In this document: positions 1 to 9,914 of the stretch, in pieces
Position numbering within the stretch: the first letter of the stretch is position 1
How the letters are laid out: every line of letters starts with the position of its first letter
From: Deltaproteobacteria bacterium HGW-Deltaproteobacteria-13
Lineage (GTDB): Bacteria; Desulfobacterota; Syntrophia; Syntrophales; Smithellaceae
Reading direction: 5' to 3'
Assembly: GCA_002840555.1 (NCBI GenBank)
Contig: PHBJ01000005.1
Coordinates: forward strand, 303,577-367,576
DNA length: 64,000 nucleotides
Notes under the pieces: generated by a model
Database searches by the model: none
Seen by the model: only the letters and a program-made list of their open reading frames with translations
What the model was told of the DNA's origin: nothing
Translations under genes and position numbers: made by a program

Positions 1-2101
1 CCAGAGAGCGGGAAGTCGCATTCTTTAAAATTTCCGCGGTTTCCGTCATCTCCACCATAAACGTGCTTTGCCCCTTAATCAGACTGTCCGACGCACCGAT
101 GCGTGTGAATATTTTATCGACAAGGCCGATTCTGGCTTTCGCCGCCGGGACGAAACTTCCCATTTGCGCCAGAAGGACAATCAAGGCCACCTGCCTGATA
201 TAAGTGGATTTACCCGCCATATTCGGACCGGTAATAACGAGCAGCTTATTGTTCTGCAAGTCCATCAGACAATCATTGGGCACAAAGCCTTCCTTTTTCA
301 ACGCCGCTTCCACAACGGGATGGCGTCCGTCTTTGATTTCAATGGTATCGTCATCATTTATTTCCGGACAGGTGTAATGATATTTTTCGGCAACCTCCGC
401 CAGCGCGGCCAGAGCGTCCAGCTCAGCGACAAGAAATGAATTTTTCTGGATATCCGTGATATACTGATCAAGATGATCGCGCAGGGCAAAAAATAGCTCC
501 TGTTCTCTTTCTCCGATTTTTTCTTCCGCGTTTAAAACGGTTTGCTCAAATTCTTTCAATTCCTGATTAATGTAACGTTCGGCGTTAACCAGCGTCTGTT
601 TTCTTGTGTAGGAATCGGGAACCATCGCGGCATTGGCTTTGGTCACTTCAATGTAGTAGCCGAAAATATTATTGAAACCGATCTTCAGAGAATTAATTCC
701 TGTTTTTTTCCGCTCCTGGGCTTCCATCGCGGCAATCCATTTTTTCCCGTCGCGGCTGATGGATCTCAGTTTATCCAGTTCTTCGTCGAAGCCTGCCGCA
801 ATAAAACCGCCATCCTGTGTTTTTTGAGGCGGATCATCAATCAGCGCCCGGGAAATCAATTCGATGACGGCAGACATCTCCATGAACCGCGACCTGATCG
901 CGGCAATCGCCGGGGCCGTGCAATCCTTAAGCATCAATTTGAGTCCCGGTATGGCCGAAAGAGAAACTTTCAACGCGATGAGATCCCGGGGATTCGCCAC
1001 ACGCAGAGATACACGTCCGGCCAGTCTTTCCATGTCATAAATGTGCGACAACGCTTTGCGCAAATTTGACCGCAGGGTATGTTCATCCTTAATTTCGGCC
1101 ACCGCGGCCAGACGGGCTTTGATTTTTTCCGCATCCACCAGCGGATAATTCATCCACCAGCGCAGGCGGCGAGTTCCCATCGGCGTCAGCGTTTCATGGA
1201 ACAATGAAAAAAGAGAACCGGCTTTGGAGTTGTTCTGAATGGTCGTGAATATTTCCAGATTACGACGGGCAGCCTCATCAAGAAGAAGAAAATTTTCCGT
1301 GGAGTACCATTTAATTTCGCTGATGTGTTGAGGATTGATTTTTTGCGTCCGGTTAACATAACTTAAAATTGCTCCCGATGCGATCAGGGCCGCCGGATGT
1401 TCTTTTATCTTTGATCTGTCCAGCATGTCCGCGGTGAAATTCTGATCGAGCAAAGCCTCCGCCGTTTGCGTTTGAAAACATTCCTCATCCAGATAATTAA
1501 TCAGAAGCTCCGGCATTTGTATTTCCAGCATCTTGATCAGTATTTTGTCAGGGAAGGCCCTCGACAGGATCAGTTCTTTAAAATCAAGTCCGGCAATGGC
1601 AATGAAGAAAAATTCGCGGTCGGAAAACTCACTGATTTGAAATTCTCCCGTGGAAATATCCAGAAAAGCAAGGCCAAGATTATCTTTGCCGGCGCAAAGG
1701 CAGGCCAGATAATTATTTTCACCGGCAGCCAGATTTTCTTCATCCAGAAGAAGACCGGGGGTGATGACCCGGATCACTTCCCTTTTGACGATTCCCTTCG
1801 CTTTTTTGGGGTCCTCGACCTGCTCGCATATCGCCACTTTGAAACCTTTTTCCACAAGTTTGGTAATGTACGCGGACGCGGCATGATACGGAAAACCGCA
1901 AAGAGGCACACTGTCTTCTTTTCCTTTATTGCGTGAGGTGAGAGTGATTTCCAGAACAGGGGCGGCCGTTACCGCGTCTTCAAAAAACATCTCATAGAAA
2001 TCACCCATGCGGTAAAACAAAATGCAGTCGGGATATTTTTCTTTTATTTTTACATACTGCTTCATCGCCGGAGTCAAATCGAGCGTTCCCGCTACCGCCA
2101 T
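1..2101 (-). CDS. mutS: DNA mismatch repair protein MutS (C-terminus runs off the window start; absent from the ORF track)
   Basis: Manual minus-strand translation from ATG at 2101 gives MAVAGTLDLTPAMKQYVKIKEKYPDCILFYRMGDFYEMF. Near the window start it contains ITGPNMAGKST (Walker A) and GQSTFMVEM, both MutS signatures. Confidence 0.97.
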   Translation of the reverse strand, partial: MAVAGTLDLTPAMKQYVKIKEKYPDCILFYRMGDFYEMFFEDAVTAAPVLEITLTSRNKGKEDSVPLCGFPYHAASAYITKLVEKGFKVAICEQVEDPKKAKGIVKREVIRVITPGLLLDEENLAAGENNYLACLCAGKDNLGLAFLDISTGEFQISEFSDREFFFIAIAGLDFKELILSRAFPDKILIKMLEIQMPELLINYLDEECFQTQTAEALLDQNFTADMLDRSKIKEHPAALIASGAILSYVNRTQKINPQHISEIKWYSTENFLLLDEAARRNLEIFTTIQNNSKAGSLFSLFHETLTPMGTRRLRWWMNYPLVDAEKIKARLAAVAEIKDEHTLRSNLRKALSHIYDMERLAGRVSLRVANPRDLIALKVSLSAIPGLKLMLKDCTAPAIAAIRSRFMEMSAVIELISRALIDDPPQKTQDGGFIAAGFDEELDKLRSISRDGKKWIAAMEAQERKKTGINSLKIGFNNIFGYYIEVTKANAAMVPDSYTRKQTLVNAERYINQELKEFEQTVLNAEEKIGEREQELFFALRDHLDQYITDIQKNSFLVAELDALAALAEVAEKYHYTCPEINDDDTIEIKDGRHPVVEAALKKEGFVPNDCLMDLQNNKLLVITGPNMAGKSTYIRQVALIVLLAQMGSFVPAAKARIGLVDKIFTRIGASDSLIKGQSTFMVEMTETAEILKNATSRSL

Positions 2102-2502
2102 TTTCCATCGTCCCCTTTTCTTAAGTCGATATATTCGGGATCATTCGGTTTATCTATTTTATGATGGGAAATAAAAGAATTGGCCAGCCAACTGACAATG
2201 CTTATCACCAGAGAGCCTAAAAACGCGGAGAAGAAATTATCGATTTGAAATCCCGATACAAAATAAGACACGAGCTTCAGCAAAAACGCATTGATGAAAA
2301 AATAAAACAATCCCAGGGTCAGTATGCTCAGGGGCAAAGTCAGAAAAACTAAAATCGGTTTTACGAAAATATTGATAAGACCTAAAACACAGGCGGCAAT
2401 GACTGCCGTTGTAAGATTATCCACTCTGATACCGGGCACAAACTGCGAAGCAAGCAGAATTGCGACCGTTATGATCAACCATCTTGTTATAATAACTAAC
2501 AT
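2092..2502 (-). CDS. Phage holin family / YvlD (DUF360)-like 4-TM membrane protein
   Basis: Four hydrophobic segments with the pattern 'LGLINIFVKPILVFLTLPLSILTLGLFYFFINAFLL..V..F.I..F..AFLGSL', typical of this widespread chromosomal family. Confidence 0.85.
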   Translation of the reverse strand: MLVIITRWLIITVAILLASQFVPGIRVDNLTTAVIAACVLGLINIFVKPILVFLTLPLSILTLGLFYFFINAFLLKLVSYFVSGFQIDNFFSAFLGSLVISIVSWLANSFISHHKIDKPNDPEYIDLRKGDDGKWR

Positions 2503-2507
2503 ATATT

Positions 2508-2558
2508 ACCTTTCACCTTTCACCTTTCACCTTTCACTCTTCACTCTTTCACTTTTCC
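2508..2558 (+). repeat. Heptamer tandem repeat (ACCTTTC)x4 plus degenerate copies
   Basis: acctttc acctttc acctttc acctttc actcttc actctttc acttttcc, read directly between two co-oriented genes. Confidence 0.9.
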
Positions 2559-3391
2559 ACATTAACGGTTTTTGCCGATTTATAGAATATCCAGGAAAGA
2601 CTGATACCGCTCATAAAGGAAGTTTCCCTTTTCACCAAAGCGCTGTCTTCAAAAACCGCTCCCTGAAGAAAATCAGCGCTCACAAAAGCATTAAAAATAA
2701 ATTGCTTATAGGTCTTGCCCAAACCAACGGTAAGCGTCGAACCGCTGTATCCGCCGCCTGCCGAATATGCCGGGCGCTCCGCCGTCGCGTAAGCCGGCTC
2801 CACTGTGTAGTAATAGGCATGATAACCGCTGTCGGCAAACATCGGTCCTGCGGATATTCCCAGATTTAATCCGGTATCAGGGATTAAATCATCTTTGACA
2901 ATATTAATTCGCGGGCTGAACACCCAACCCTCGCGGCTCACGGAAGTAAAATCCGTAGAAAAAAAAGCCCGGACCGGCAGGGACAAGCTTATTTTAAACT
3001 GATCCTCCCTGCTTTCCCAAAGTCTGATCTTTAAAGCCGGTCCTAATTCAAAAGTCGCATCAAGATCCGGCATCCCGGTGCGGGCAGTGTTATTGGAACT
3101 CTTAACCGGCACTGCGCCAAAACCACTAAAATCCAGTAATACACGATCTGTTTTAAAAATCTGTCCCGTAATGCGCTGCTCTTCTATTTTTAAAATATCG
3201 CCGCGATAAATGACGTAAGGATATGGCAGAAGATACAACCGGTTCTCGTCCGAGCCCCGATAATCAGGCATCTGGAGCAGCCCCAGACCCACGCCTATTT
3301 CCAGAAGCGGCTTTTCTTCACAAATTGCGCCGCCGGGAAATAAAAAGCTCAAAAGCAACAAGGCAATCACTGCTCGATAACGAATGCGCAT
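2549..3391 (-). CDS. MipA/OmpV family outer-membrane protein
   Basis: Signal peptide, then 'EIGVGLGLLQMPDYRGSDE...LLPYPYVIYRG', 'RTGMPDLDATFELGP', 'YYYTVEP..AT..RPAYSAGGGYSG' and beta-strand-like periodicity. Confidence 0.85.
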   Translation of the reverse strand: MRIRYRAVIALLLLSFLFPGGAICEEKPLLEIGVGLGLLQMPDYRGSDENRLYLLPYPYVIYRGDILKIEEQRITGQIFKTDRVLLDFSGFGAVPVKSSNNTARTGMPDLDATFELGPALKIRLWESREDQFKISLSLPVRAFFSTDFTSVSREGWVFSPRINIVKDDLIPDTGLNLGISAGPMFADSGYHAYYYTVEPAYATAERPAYSAGGGYSGSTLTVGLGKTYKQFIFNAFVSADFLQGAVFEDSALVKRETSFMSGISLSWIFYKSAKTVNVEK

Positions 3392-3433
3392 ATTTTCACC
3401 TTATAAACTTGAGTGGGTTATAATCGATTACTC

Positions 3434-3931
3434 TTACTCACTAAAAGGGACAAACATTTTTGCCGGGGCGCCGCAAACCGGACATACTTCGGGCAAAACG
3501 CCATCCGATACATAACCGCAAACCTCACAAACGTAGTAAGTGGTTTCTCTTTCTTCCATGAAGTCCGACATGGCCTGTTTGTATAGCTTGGCATGAGTTT
3601 CTTCCACATCCTTACTCTGGCTGAAATGCAGCACTGCCTCTTTATTGCCCGCTTCTTCCGCCAGCTTTACAAACTGATCGTAAGCGACTTCGGCAACTTT
3701 TTTTTCCGATTCAAAACTCGCGGCCAGATTTTCTTCCGTACCTTTGATTTCCCTGAGCACTCTTAAGGCTCTCGCGCCGTGAATTTCTTCCGAAAAAGAA
3801 ATAACGCGGAAAAGACGGGCCATTTGTTTGTAGCCTTCCTCTTCGGCCTTCTTCGCGTAAACTTTGAGCCGCAGGGCTGCTTTTGCTTCACCGGTATAAG
3901 CCTGATTCAACGCATCCTGGATTTTATCCAT
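3434..3931 (-). CDS. rbr: Rubrerythrin family protein
   Basis: Ferritin-like di-iron motifs (GEAKA..., EEIHG, EETHA) and a C-terminal rubredoxin-like CEVCG...CPVCG. Confidence 0.9.
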   Translation of the reverse strand: MDKIQDALNQAYTGEAKAALRLKVYAKKAEEEGYKQMARLFRVISFSEEIHGARALRVLREIKGTEENLAASFESEKKVAEVAYDQFVKLAEEAGNKEAVLHFSQSKDVEETHAKLYKQAMSDFMEERETTYYVCEVCGYVSDGVLPEVCPVCGAPAKMFVPFSE

Positions 3932-3958
3932 TGATTTATCCTTTCATCACAATAAAAA

Positions 3959-4117
3959 TCATTCCGGCGCGAATTCCTCTTTCGCCGCCCCGCAAACCGG
4001 ACAGGACCAGTCATCCGGCAAATCTTCAAAAGACGTTCCAGGAGCAACGCCCCCGTCCTTGTCTCCCTTGGCCGGATCGTAAATGTAACCGCATACTCCG
4101 CAAACATATTTTTTCAT
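3959..4117 (-). CDS. rub: Rubredoxin (52 aa; absent from the ORF track)
   Basis: Manual translation [52 protein letters not shown] with two CxxCG motifs and a GGAG RBS upstream. Confidence 0.97.
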   Translation of the reverse strand: MKKYVCGVCGYIYDPAKGDKDGGVAPGTSFEDLPDDWSCPVCGAAKEEFAPE

Positions 4118-4176
4118 TTTTCACTCCTTAATATTTTTTCAATTCGAGTTTTAATCGTTACGTCCACATAAAATAT

Positions 4177-4287
4177 TTCCCCTCCCCTGGAGGGAGGGGA
4201 TAAAGGGGAGGGGGTAATTTTGTTTTTCAACCGACATACGCCAGTCTTCACCCTCACCCTAACCCTCTCCCCTCAAGGGAGAGGGAA
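4177..4287. repeat. REP-like inverted pair of palindromic units (divergent subtype)
   Basis: Left unit ttcccctcccctggagggaggggataaaggggaggggg. The reverse complement of the right unit is ttccctctcccttgaggggagagggttagggtgagggtgaa, giving the same hairpin-plus-G-tail layout. Confidence 0.8.
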
Positions 4288-4307
4288 TTAAAGCTTCTTC
4301 CGTATAT

Positions 4308-5522
4308 TTAATTGGCCACAGTAGCTCTTTTGAGCAGCTCCGCCGCTATGGCCTTACCCATTTCGTGACATTTTCTCAAAACATCGTCATCGGGAACATT
4401 CTTCACGGCAATTGACTCCGCGGCAATTTCCACCTTCATTTCTTTGAGCATTGCCTCTAAGTGCTTGACTGATTCTCCGCTCCAACCATACGATCCGAAA
4501 GCCGCGCCAATCTTATTGGCCGGTTTTAATCCCTTCAGATAGGTCATTACATCCGCCATCTGGGGCAGAATATTGTTGTTCAATGTCGGTGAACCGACGA
4601 TCAGCGCGCCGGCATCAAGCACTTCATAAATGACTTCACTGCGGTGAGTTTCATTCATCGACAAAAGCTTTACCTTCACGCCTGCCTGGGCCAAAGCTTC
4701 GCTGATGGCGCCGGCCATCTTCTCCGTGGAGTGCCACATCGTGGCGTAAACCACAACCGCCTTGGCCGTGGGTTTTTGCGAAGCCCATTTTTTATAAAGA
4801 TCAATAATCCATCCGATATCTTTGCGCCAGACCGGTCCGTGATCGGGAGCTATCACTTTGATTTTCATTCCCGATGCCGCAACCTTATCCAGCGTCTTCA
4901 AAACAACCGGCGAATAAGGCAAAACAATGTTGGCGTAATACGTCGCTCCTTCATACTCCAGCGTCGACGCAGGAATTTCATCGGCAAAGCGCTCCAAGCT
5001 CGCCAAATGCATACCGAAAGCGTCCTGTGAAAATAAGAGTTCATCCTTGGCCAGATAAGTAAACATGCTGTCCGGCCAGTGAATCATACGCGTTTCCATA
5101 AAAGTCAATTCCATATTGCCGAGGCTCAGCGTTTCACCGTCTTTTACGGGTGTGATTTCATGCGTATCATGGAACAATTCCTTCAATGTCTTTACACCGA
5201 CCGTCGAAGCGAAAACTTTTTCAGGCTTTATGAAATCAATCACTTCGGACAGACAACCGGAATGATCCATTTCGGAATGGTTGGAAATAATATATTTTAT
5301 TTTGGAAGGATCGACAACGGATCGAATGCGGGAGAGCATTTCATCCTTGAACGGCGCCTTGACCGTATCTATTAAGGTAATATCATCCGCCATGACCAGA
5401 TAGGCGTTATAAGTACTGCCGTGCGGCGTGGTATAGCCATGAAAATCCCGGATTGTCCAATCGATGGCGCCAACCCAGTAAACATTATCCGTTACTTTTA
5501 TTGCCGAATAAACATCCTTCAT
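4308..5522 (-). CDS. fprA: Flavodiiron protein FprA (A-type flavoprotein; O2/NO reductase)
   Basis: Metallo-beta-lactamase motif NHSEMDHSG, 'HWPDSM', 'APDHGP', and a C-terminal flavodoxin domain (GSPTLNN, AFGSYGWSGE). Confidence 0.95.
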   Translation of the reverse strand: MKDVYSAIKVTDNVYWVGAIDWTIRDFHGYTTPHGSTYNAYLVMADDITLIDTVKAPFKDEMLSRIRSVVDPSKIKYIISNHSEMDHSGCLSEVIDFIKPEKVFASTVGVKTLKELFHDTHEITPVKDGETLSLGNMELTFMETRMIHWPDSMFTYLAKDELLFSQDAFGMHLASLERFADEIPASTLEYEGATYYANIVLPYSPVVLKTLDKVAASGMKIKVIAPDHGPVWRKDIGWIIDLYKKWASQKPTAKAVVVYATMWHSTEKMAGAISEALAQAGVKVKLLSMNETHRSEVIYEVLDAGALIVGSPTLNNNILPQMADVMTYLKGLKPANKIGAAFGSYGWSGESVKHLEAMLKEMKVEIAAESIAVKNVPDDDVLRKCHEMGKAIAAELLKRATVAN

Positions 5523-5836
5523 TCCTTCACCCCTCGGTTAATTTGCATTGACGATAATATAAGTTCTAATCGGGTCATGTCAACCACTACTTATACTAAT
5601 TTGCTGGTAATTTCCACCCGGCAAAATGAATTTTCAACAGATTTCAGACAATTTTATTTTGTGGATATCAGGGATAGAAGACAGACGTCTTGACTTAAGA
5701 GAAAGTTATTACAGAAAAACCGGTTTGTGACAAATTCTGAAGGCTCATATTACTTTTTTATAAGGTTGACAGGCTTTTCTTTTGTTCCTATAGTTTTACA
5801 GAAGACATATCATCATGGGAGATTTTTCATATCGCT

Positions 5837-6778
5837 TTGAACAAAAACAAAGAAATTTTAAAGACAAATCATTTATCCTGGCCCCTTGATCTGCCATGGT
5901 TTTTCCTGCAGCGAAAATTCCTGGGGCGCAAATTACCGCTTCTGGCCAGCTTCAAGGTTACCTATCGCTGCAATCTGACCTGCCGCGCCTGCCCTTTTCA
6001 TCTGCGGGCTGATCGTGAGGAGGCTCACATGTCCTGGGATACGGCCATTGGGACATTGGACTCCCTGCGCCGGCTCGGCGCCCGTATGATCGTTTTTGAA
6101 GGCGGTGAACCGCTGCTGTGGCGCGACGGTTCTCATCGCCTTCACGATCTTGTTCTTTATGCCCGGAAACACTTTCTGCGTGTGGCGGTGACAACCAACG
6201 GCACCCTGCCTCTGGATGTTCCCTCCCATACGCTCTGGGTGAGCCTCGACGGCTTGAAGGATATCCACGATTATTTGAGAAGTGATTCCTTTGACCGTAT
6301 TTGCTCCAACATTGAAAAGACCAGGCACTCCCGGGTTTTTATTCATTGCACGTTGAATCGCCGCAACTGGCAGACGGTTGATTCCTTGGCAAAATGGGTG
6401 CAGGAAATGCCGACATTGAAAGGGATGACCGTTCAGTTCTTTTATCCTTATCATCAGGGGGAAGATGATCTTTCTCTTTCATCCGAAGATCGCCGTGCCG
6501 TTATTGAAAAATTGCTGAAACTGAAAAAATCGGGTTTGCCTATTTTGAATTCGTCGGGCAGACTAAAAGCAATGATTGAAAATAACTGGGCCTGCCATGA
6601 TGACATTCTGATTAATGCCGATCCGGATGGAACCATTACGAAAGGCTGCTATGTCAAAAACCGGGGTAAAATAAATTGCGGCGCGTGCGGATTTACACCG
6701 GTCGCAGAAGCGTCCGGCGCTTTGGACTTAATTCCGGAATCGCTGTATGCGGGATGGCGGTTATTTCTTCGAGCGTGA
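5837..6778 (+). CDS. Radical SAM protein with C-terminal Cys cluster (twitch/SPASM-like)
   Basis: CNLTCRAC (CxxxCxxC), 'FEGGEPLL', 'VTTNGT', 'VSLDG', and C-terminal C-x(18)-C...CGAC. The start codon is uncertain (TTG). Confidence 0.85.
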   Translation: MNKNKEILKTNHLSWPLDLPWFFLQRKFLGRKLPLLASFKVTYRCNLTCRACPFHLRADREEAHMSWDTAIGTLDSLRRLGARMIVFEGGEPLLWRDGSHRLHDLVLYARKHFLRVAVTTNGTLPLDVPSHTLWVSLDGLKDIHDYLRSDSFDRICSNIEKTRHSRVFIHCTLNRRNWQTVDSLAKWVQEMPTLKGMTVQFFYPYHQGEDDLSLSSEDRRAVIEKLLKLKKSGLPILNSSGRLKAMIENNWACHDDILINADPDGTITKGCYVKNRGKINCGACGFTPVAEASGALDLIPESLYAGWRLFLRA

Positions 6779-6888
6779 ACACAACCCGGGGAAAATAAAG
6801 AAAGCATGAAATGAGGGTTACGGATTACACCGGCTCAATGTCAGCATGGTACCGTGTTCAAATTTGAAGATTATCATTCATGACATTA

Positions 6889-9099
6889 TTATTCATGAAA
6901 AATCATATCTCTTCCGTTAGTCTTAGCTTTATACATGAGTTGATCCGCCCGATGAACAAACGATTTCATTTCTTCCTTGGCCTTGTACTCCGCCAGACCG
7001 ATACTCACCGTCACATAAATCTTTTGACTCACCACGGGAGAGAACGTCTCTTCCGTTAATTCTTTTTGGATTCTTTGCGCCGTGATCATTCCTTCCTCGC
7101 GAGTGGTCATCGGCAGCAGGATTGTAAATTCCTCGCCGCCGTAACGATAAGCGGAATCGGTCTCCCGCAGACATCGTTTGATAACCTGACCGAGTCGGGA
7201 TAACACATTATCTCCTTCAACATGACCATAGGTGTCGTTGAACTCCTTAAATTTATCGAGATCCAGAAGCAGAAGGGTTAACGGCTGTTTATAGCGATTC
7301 GAACGCTCTATTTCCTTTTTCAGCTGATCATAAAAATGTCTTGAGTTGTAAAGCTGTGTGAGATCGTCGATGATGCTCAGTTCCAGGTACCGCTGTTCGC
7401 TTTCTCTCAGAACTTCTTCCGCCTTCTTACGTTCGGTTATGTTCCGGTAATTAACAATTACAGCTTCAACAACATTATTGTTTATCAGATTGCTTCCCAC
7501 AGCTTCGAGCGTAAGCCAGCTGCCGCCCTTATGACGAAGACGCATTTCACCCTTTATAACATGAGGGTTTGGATCCGCGACCAGGGTCGTGAATGATTCT
7601 GCCAAAAAGCTCATATCATCCGGGTGAATGAGTTCAAATCCCTTGGCCCCAATCCTTTCTTCAGGCTTGTATCCTAAAACATGCTCCACTGCGGGATTGA
7701 TATAAGAGATCGTACCTTTCAAATTAACGACAACAATGATATCGGAAGAGTGTTCTATTAATGCGCGGAACCGTTGCTGCTCAGAGCGTAATCTGTCTTC
7801 TATAAGTTTGCGCTCGGTGATGTCTCTCCCTTCGCCAAGAAAGGATAAAAGTTTCCCGTCTTTATCCTTTATCGACGTAAAGACACATTCCAACCATACG
7901 GTGCGGCTGTCTTTACAAACAAATTCCAATTCGAGTGAACGGGTTACAGTATAATCTGAAGAAGCCAGAGCCCTGGGCATCTCCATGGAAGAGAAATCCA
8001 TCGCTGCCTTAAAAGAGGCTGAGGTGAGAAGTTTATCCAACGGCAGTTCTTTGATTTCATCAAGTGTGTACCCTATTAACTTTTCTATGGATGGACTGAT
8101 GTAGGTCGCTTTTAATTTCAGATCCATGATCCACACCTGGTCTCTCATGTGATCCGCCAGAAGGCGGTATTTGCCTTCGCTTTGTTTGAGCAACTCTTCC
8201 GCCTTTTTGCGTTCGGTGATATCTCTGAACACGCCAACGGCGTATTCCTTTTTATTTAAAGTGATCAGGGAACCGCTTATATCCGCGAAAAAAACTGTTC
8301 TATCTTTTTTAAGAACAGGGATGTCCTTTGCGATAATCATTTCTCTTTTGATGAGTTTTTTAAATTGATCCGTAACGAAAGAGACCGCTTCCGGAGGATG
8401 GAGATCAGATATGTTCAACTTGAGAAGTTCCTCTCTTGTATAGGCCAGCATATTGCAGAATTTGTCATTGGCGTCCGAAAATTTCCCTTCGCTGACATTT
8501 AATACGATGATTCCATCCGACGCGGAATCAAAAATTGTGCTGAATTTTGACTCCGTTTCTTTAATTTTATAATAGGCATTGGAAATCTTGGCCTTGAGCC
8601 GGGTAATGTATCCTCCCACAAGTGAAAACCAGGGCAGAACGATCGCCAGAGCCACGAGGTTCAACATTTCGGTTTTAACATTGATGGATTGAGGATGGTT
8701 TTTGTAAAGGAGCAGGAGGACGGTTGCATAACCGGCAATGGTGAAAAAAGACAGAAAAAGAAATTGCCGGACATTTAACTTGAAAAGTCCGAAAATAAAT
8801 ATGGCGAAATAAAGAAGCAGCGCCATGCCTCTCGTCGTCTCAGCGTAGTACAAAACCTCCATGGTCCAGAAAGTAGCTATCAGAATCTGCAGAAACGTCA
8901 GACTCGGATCTTTAAACCGTCTGCTAAATCCGGTTCTGATCATCATATATATCAAAATATTGCCGGCAAGAATTCCTAACTGAGAAACAGCCAGAACATG
9001 TAACGGTACGGAGGTAAGTCCCAGTGAAAAACTGAAGTCGGTTAAAGCACAAAATATTAAGTACGATACAAAGGCAATGAGAAATCTTTTGATTCTCAA
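6889..9099 (-). CDS. Membrane-anchored multi-PAS diguanylate cyclase
   Basis: N-terminal TM bundle, three PAS/PAC repeats (…DITERK), GGEEF active site, and an RETD (RxxD) I-site five residues upstream. Confidence 0.93.
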   Translation of the reverse strand: MRIKRFLIAFVSYLIFCALTDFSFSLGLTSVPLHVLAVSQLGILAGNILIYMMIRTGFSRRFKDPSLTFLQILIATFWTMEVLYYAETTRGMALLLYFAIFIFGLFKLNVRQFLFLSFFTIAGYATVLLLLYKNHPQSINVKTEMLNLVALAIVLPWFSLVGGYITRLKAKISNAYYKIKETESKFSTIFDSASDGIIVLNVSEGKFSDANDKFCNMLAYTREELLKLNISDLHPPEAVSFVTDQFKKLIKREMIIAKDIPVLKKDRTVFFADISGSLITLNKKEYAVGVFRDITERKKAEELLKQSEGKYRLLADHMRDQVWIMDLKLKATYISPSIEKLIGYTLDEIKELPLDKLLTSASFKAAMDFSSMEMPRALASSDYTVTRSLELEFVCKDSRTVWLECVFTSIKDKDGKLLSFLGEGRDITERKLIEDRLRSEQQRFRALIEHSSDIIVVVNLKGTISYINPAVEHVLGYKPEERIGAKGFELIHPDDMSFLAESFTTLVADPNPHVIKGEMRLRHKGGSWLTLEAVGSNLINNNVVEAVIVNYRNITERKKAEEVLRESEQRYLELSIIDDLTQLYNSRHFYDQLKKEIERSNRYKQPLTLLLLDLDKFKEFNDTYGHVEGDNVLSRLGQVIKRCLRETDSAYRYGGEEFTILLPMTTREEGMITAQRIQKELTEETFSPVVSQKIYVTVSIGLAEYKAKEEMKSFVHRADQLMYKAKTNGRDMIFHE

Positions 9100-9302
9100 A
9101 GTCTGCTCGTAATCGTCTTTGGGGAATATATTAAAAATACATTACCTCCTCAGCAACTTTAAAGTAACCCAACATTTTCTTTTTTATTGTTTTTTAACAC
9201 ATGTTAAATTTGAGTTCAAATTTTAATTCATACCGGTTCAAAGAAAGCATGCTTAATAAAAATAATTATTTGTTTTTTTCAGGAAGCAAAAGATAATCCG
9301 CA

Positions 9303-9914
9303 TTAAAGCATTTTTGCGCCGGCATCAAACGCTTTCAAATTTATTTCGCGCTTACCGGCGGGGATGCTTTTGGTAATTTCTTTTTCAAAGGCACGTCGGC
9401 CAATGGGCAACAATGACGTTGAGGCCAGCGCGCCGATCATGACAATGTTACTCAAAACGGGATTACCCAGATCAACCGCCACGGACGTGGCATCGATGAT
9501 CCAGTTTTTCGCGGATATTTTTTCAAACATCGTTTTGACTTCATCCAGAGTTGGATAATTAAATTCTCCGGTGATAACGCCCATGGGATAAACCATGCGC
9601 GAATTGGTCAGAACCGCAACATGGGGATTACCATACTTGACCAGCACCCTGAGGGCTTCCACCGGCTCAAGCGCAATCACAATATCCGCCCTGCCCTGCG
9701 GAATCTGCGGACTCAAAACGGACGTTGATGATACGCGCAAGTGGCTCATCACGGAGCCGCCGCGCTGGGACATGCCGAAGGTTTCCCCGATGGTGACGAT
9801 AAAGCCCGCGTTAACCAGCATTCCGGCCAGCACGCGGGATGCCATAACGTTCCCCTGCCCGCCGACGCCGGTGATAATAACATTTGTAGGATCATTCGAT
9901 AATAACATTTTCAT
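9303..9914 (-). CDS. iorB: Indolepyruvate:ferredoxin oxidoreductase beta subunit
   Basis: 'IITGVGGQGNVMAS', 'ETFGMSQRGGSVMSHLR'. The ATG at 9914 overlaps the iorA stop (ATGA); the ORF track extends the gene to 9965. Confidence 0.92.
   Translation of the reverse strand: MKMLLSNDPTNVIITGVGGQGNVMASRVLAGMLVNAGFIVTIGETFGMSQRGGSVMSHLRVSSTSVLSPQIPQGRADIVIALEPVEALRVLVKYGNPHVAVLTNSRMVYPMGVITGEFNYPTLDEVKTMFEKISAKNWIIDATSVAVDLGNPVLSNIVMIGALASTSLLPIGRRAFEKEITKSIPAGKREINLKAFDAGAKML

Noticed and set aside
68-1936. Plus-strand ORFs at 68, 542 and 1466
   Set aside because: Antisense shadows of mutS, which occupies the minus strand with clear motifs.
2092-2502. 'Phage holin' as evidence of a prophage
   Set aside because: This membrane family is commonly chromosomal, and no endolysin, structural or integrase genes are nearby.
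5545-5575. Fur/PerR-like box upstream of fprA (GATAATATAAGTTCTAATC)
   Set aside because: Only about 12/19 match to the Fur consensus in AT-rich DNA, which is not distinguishable from chance.
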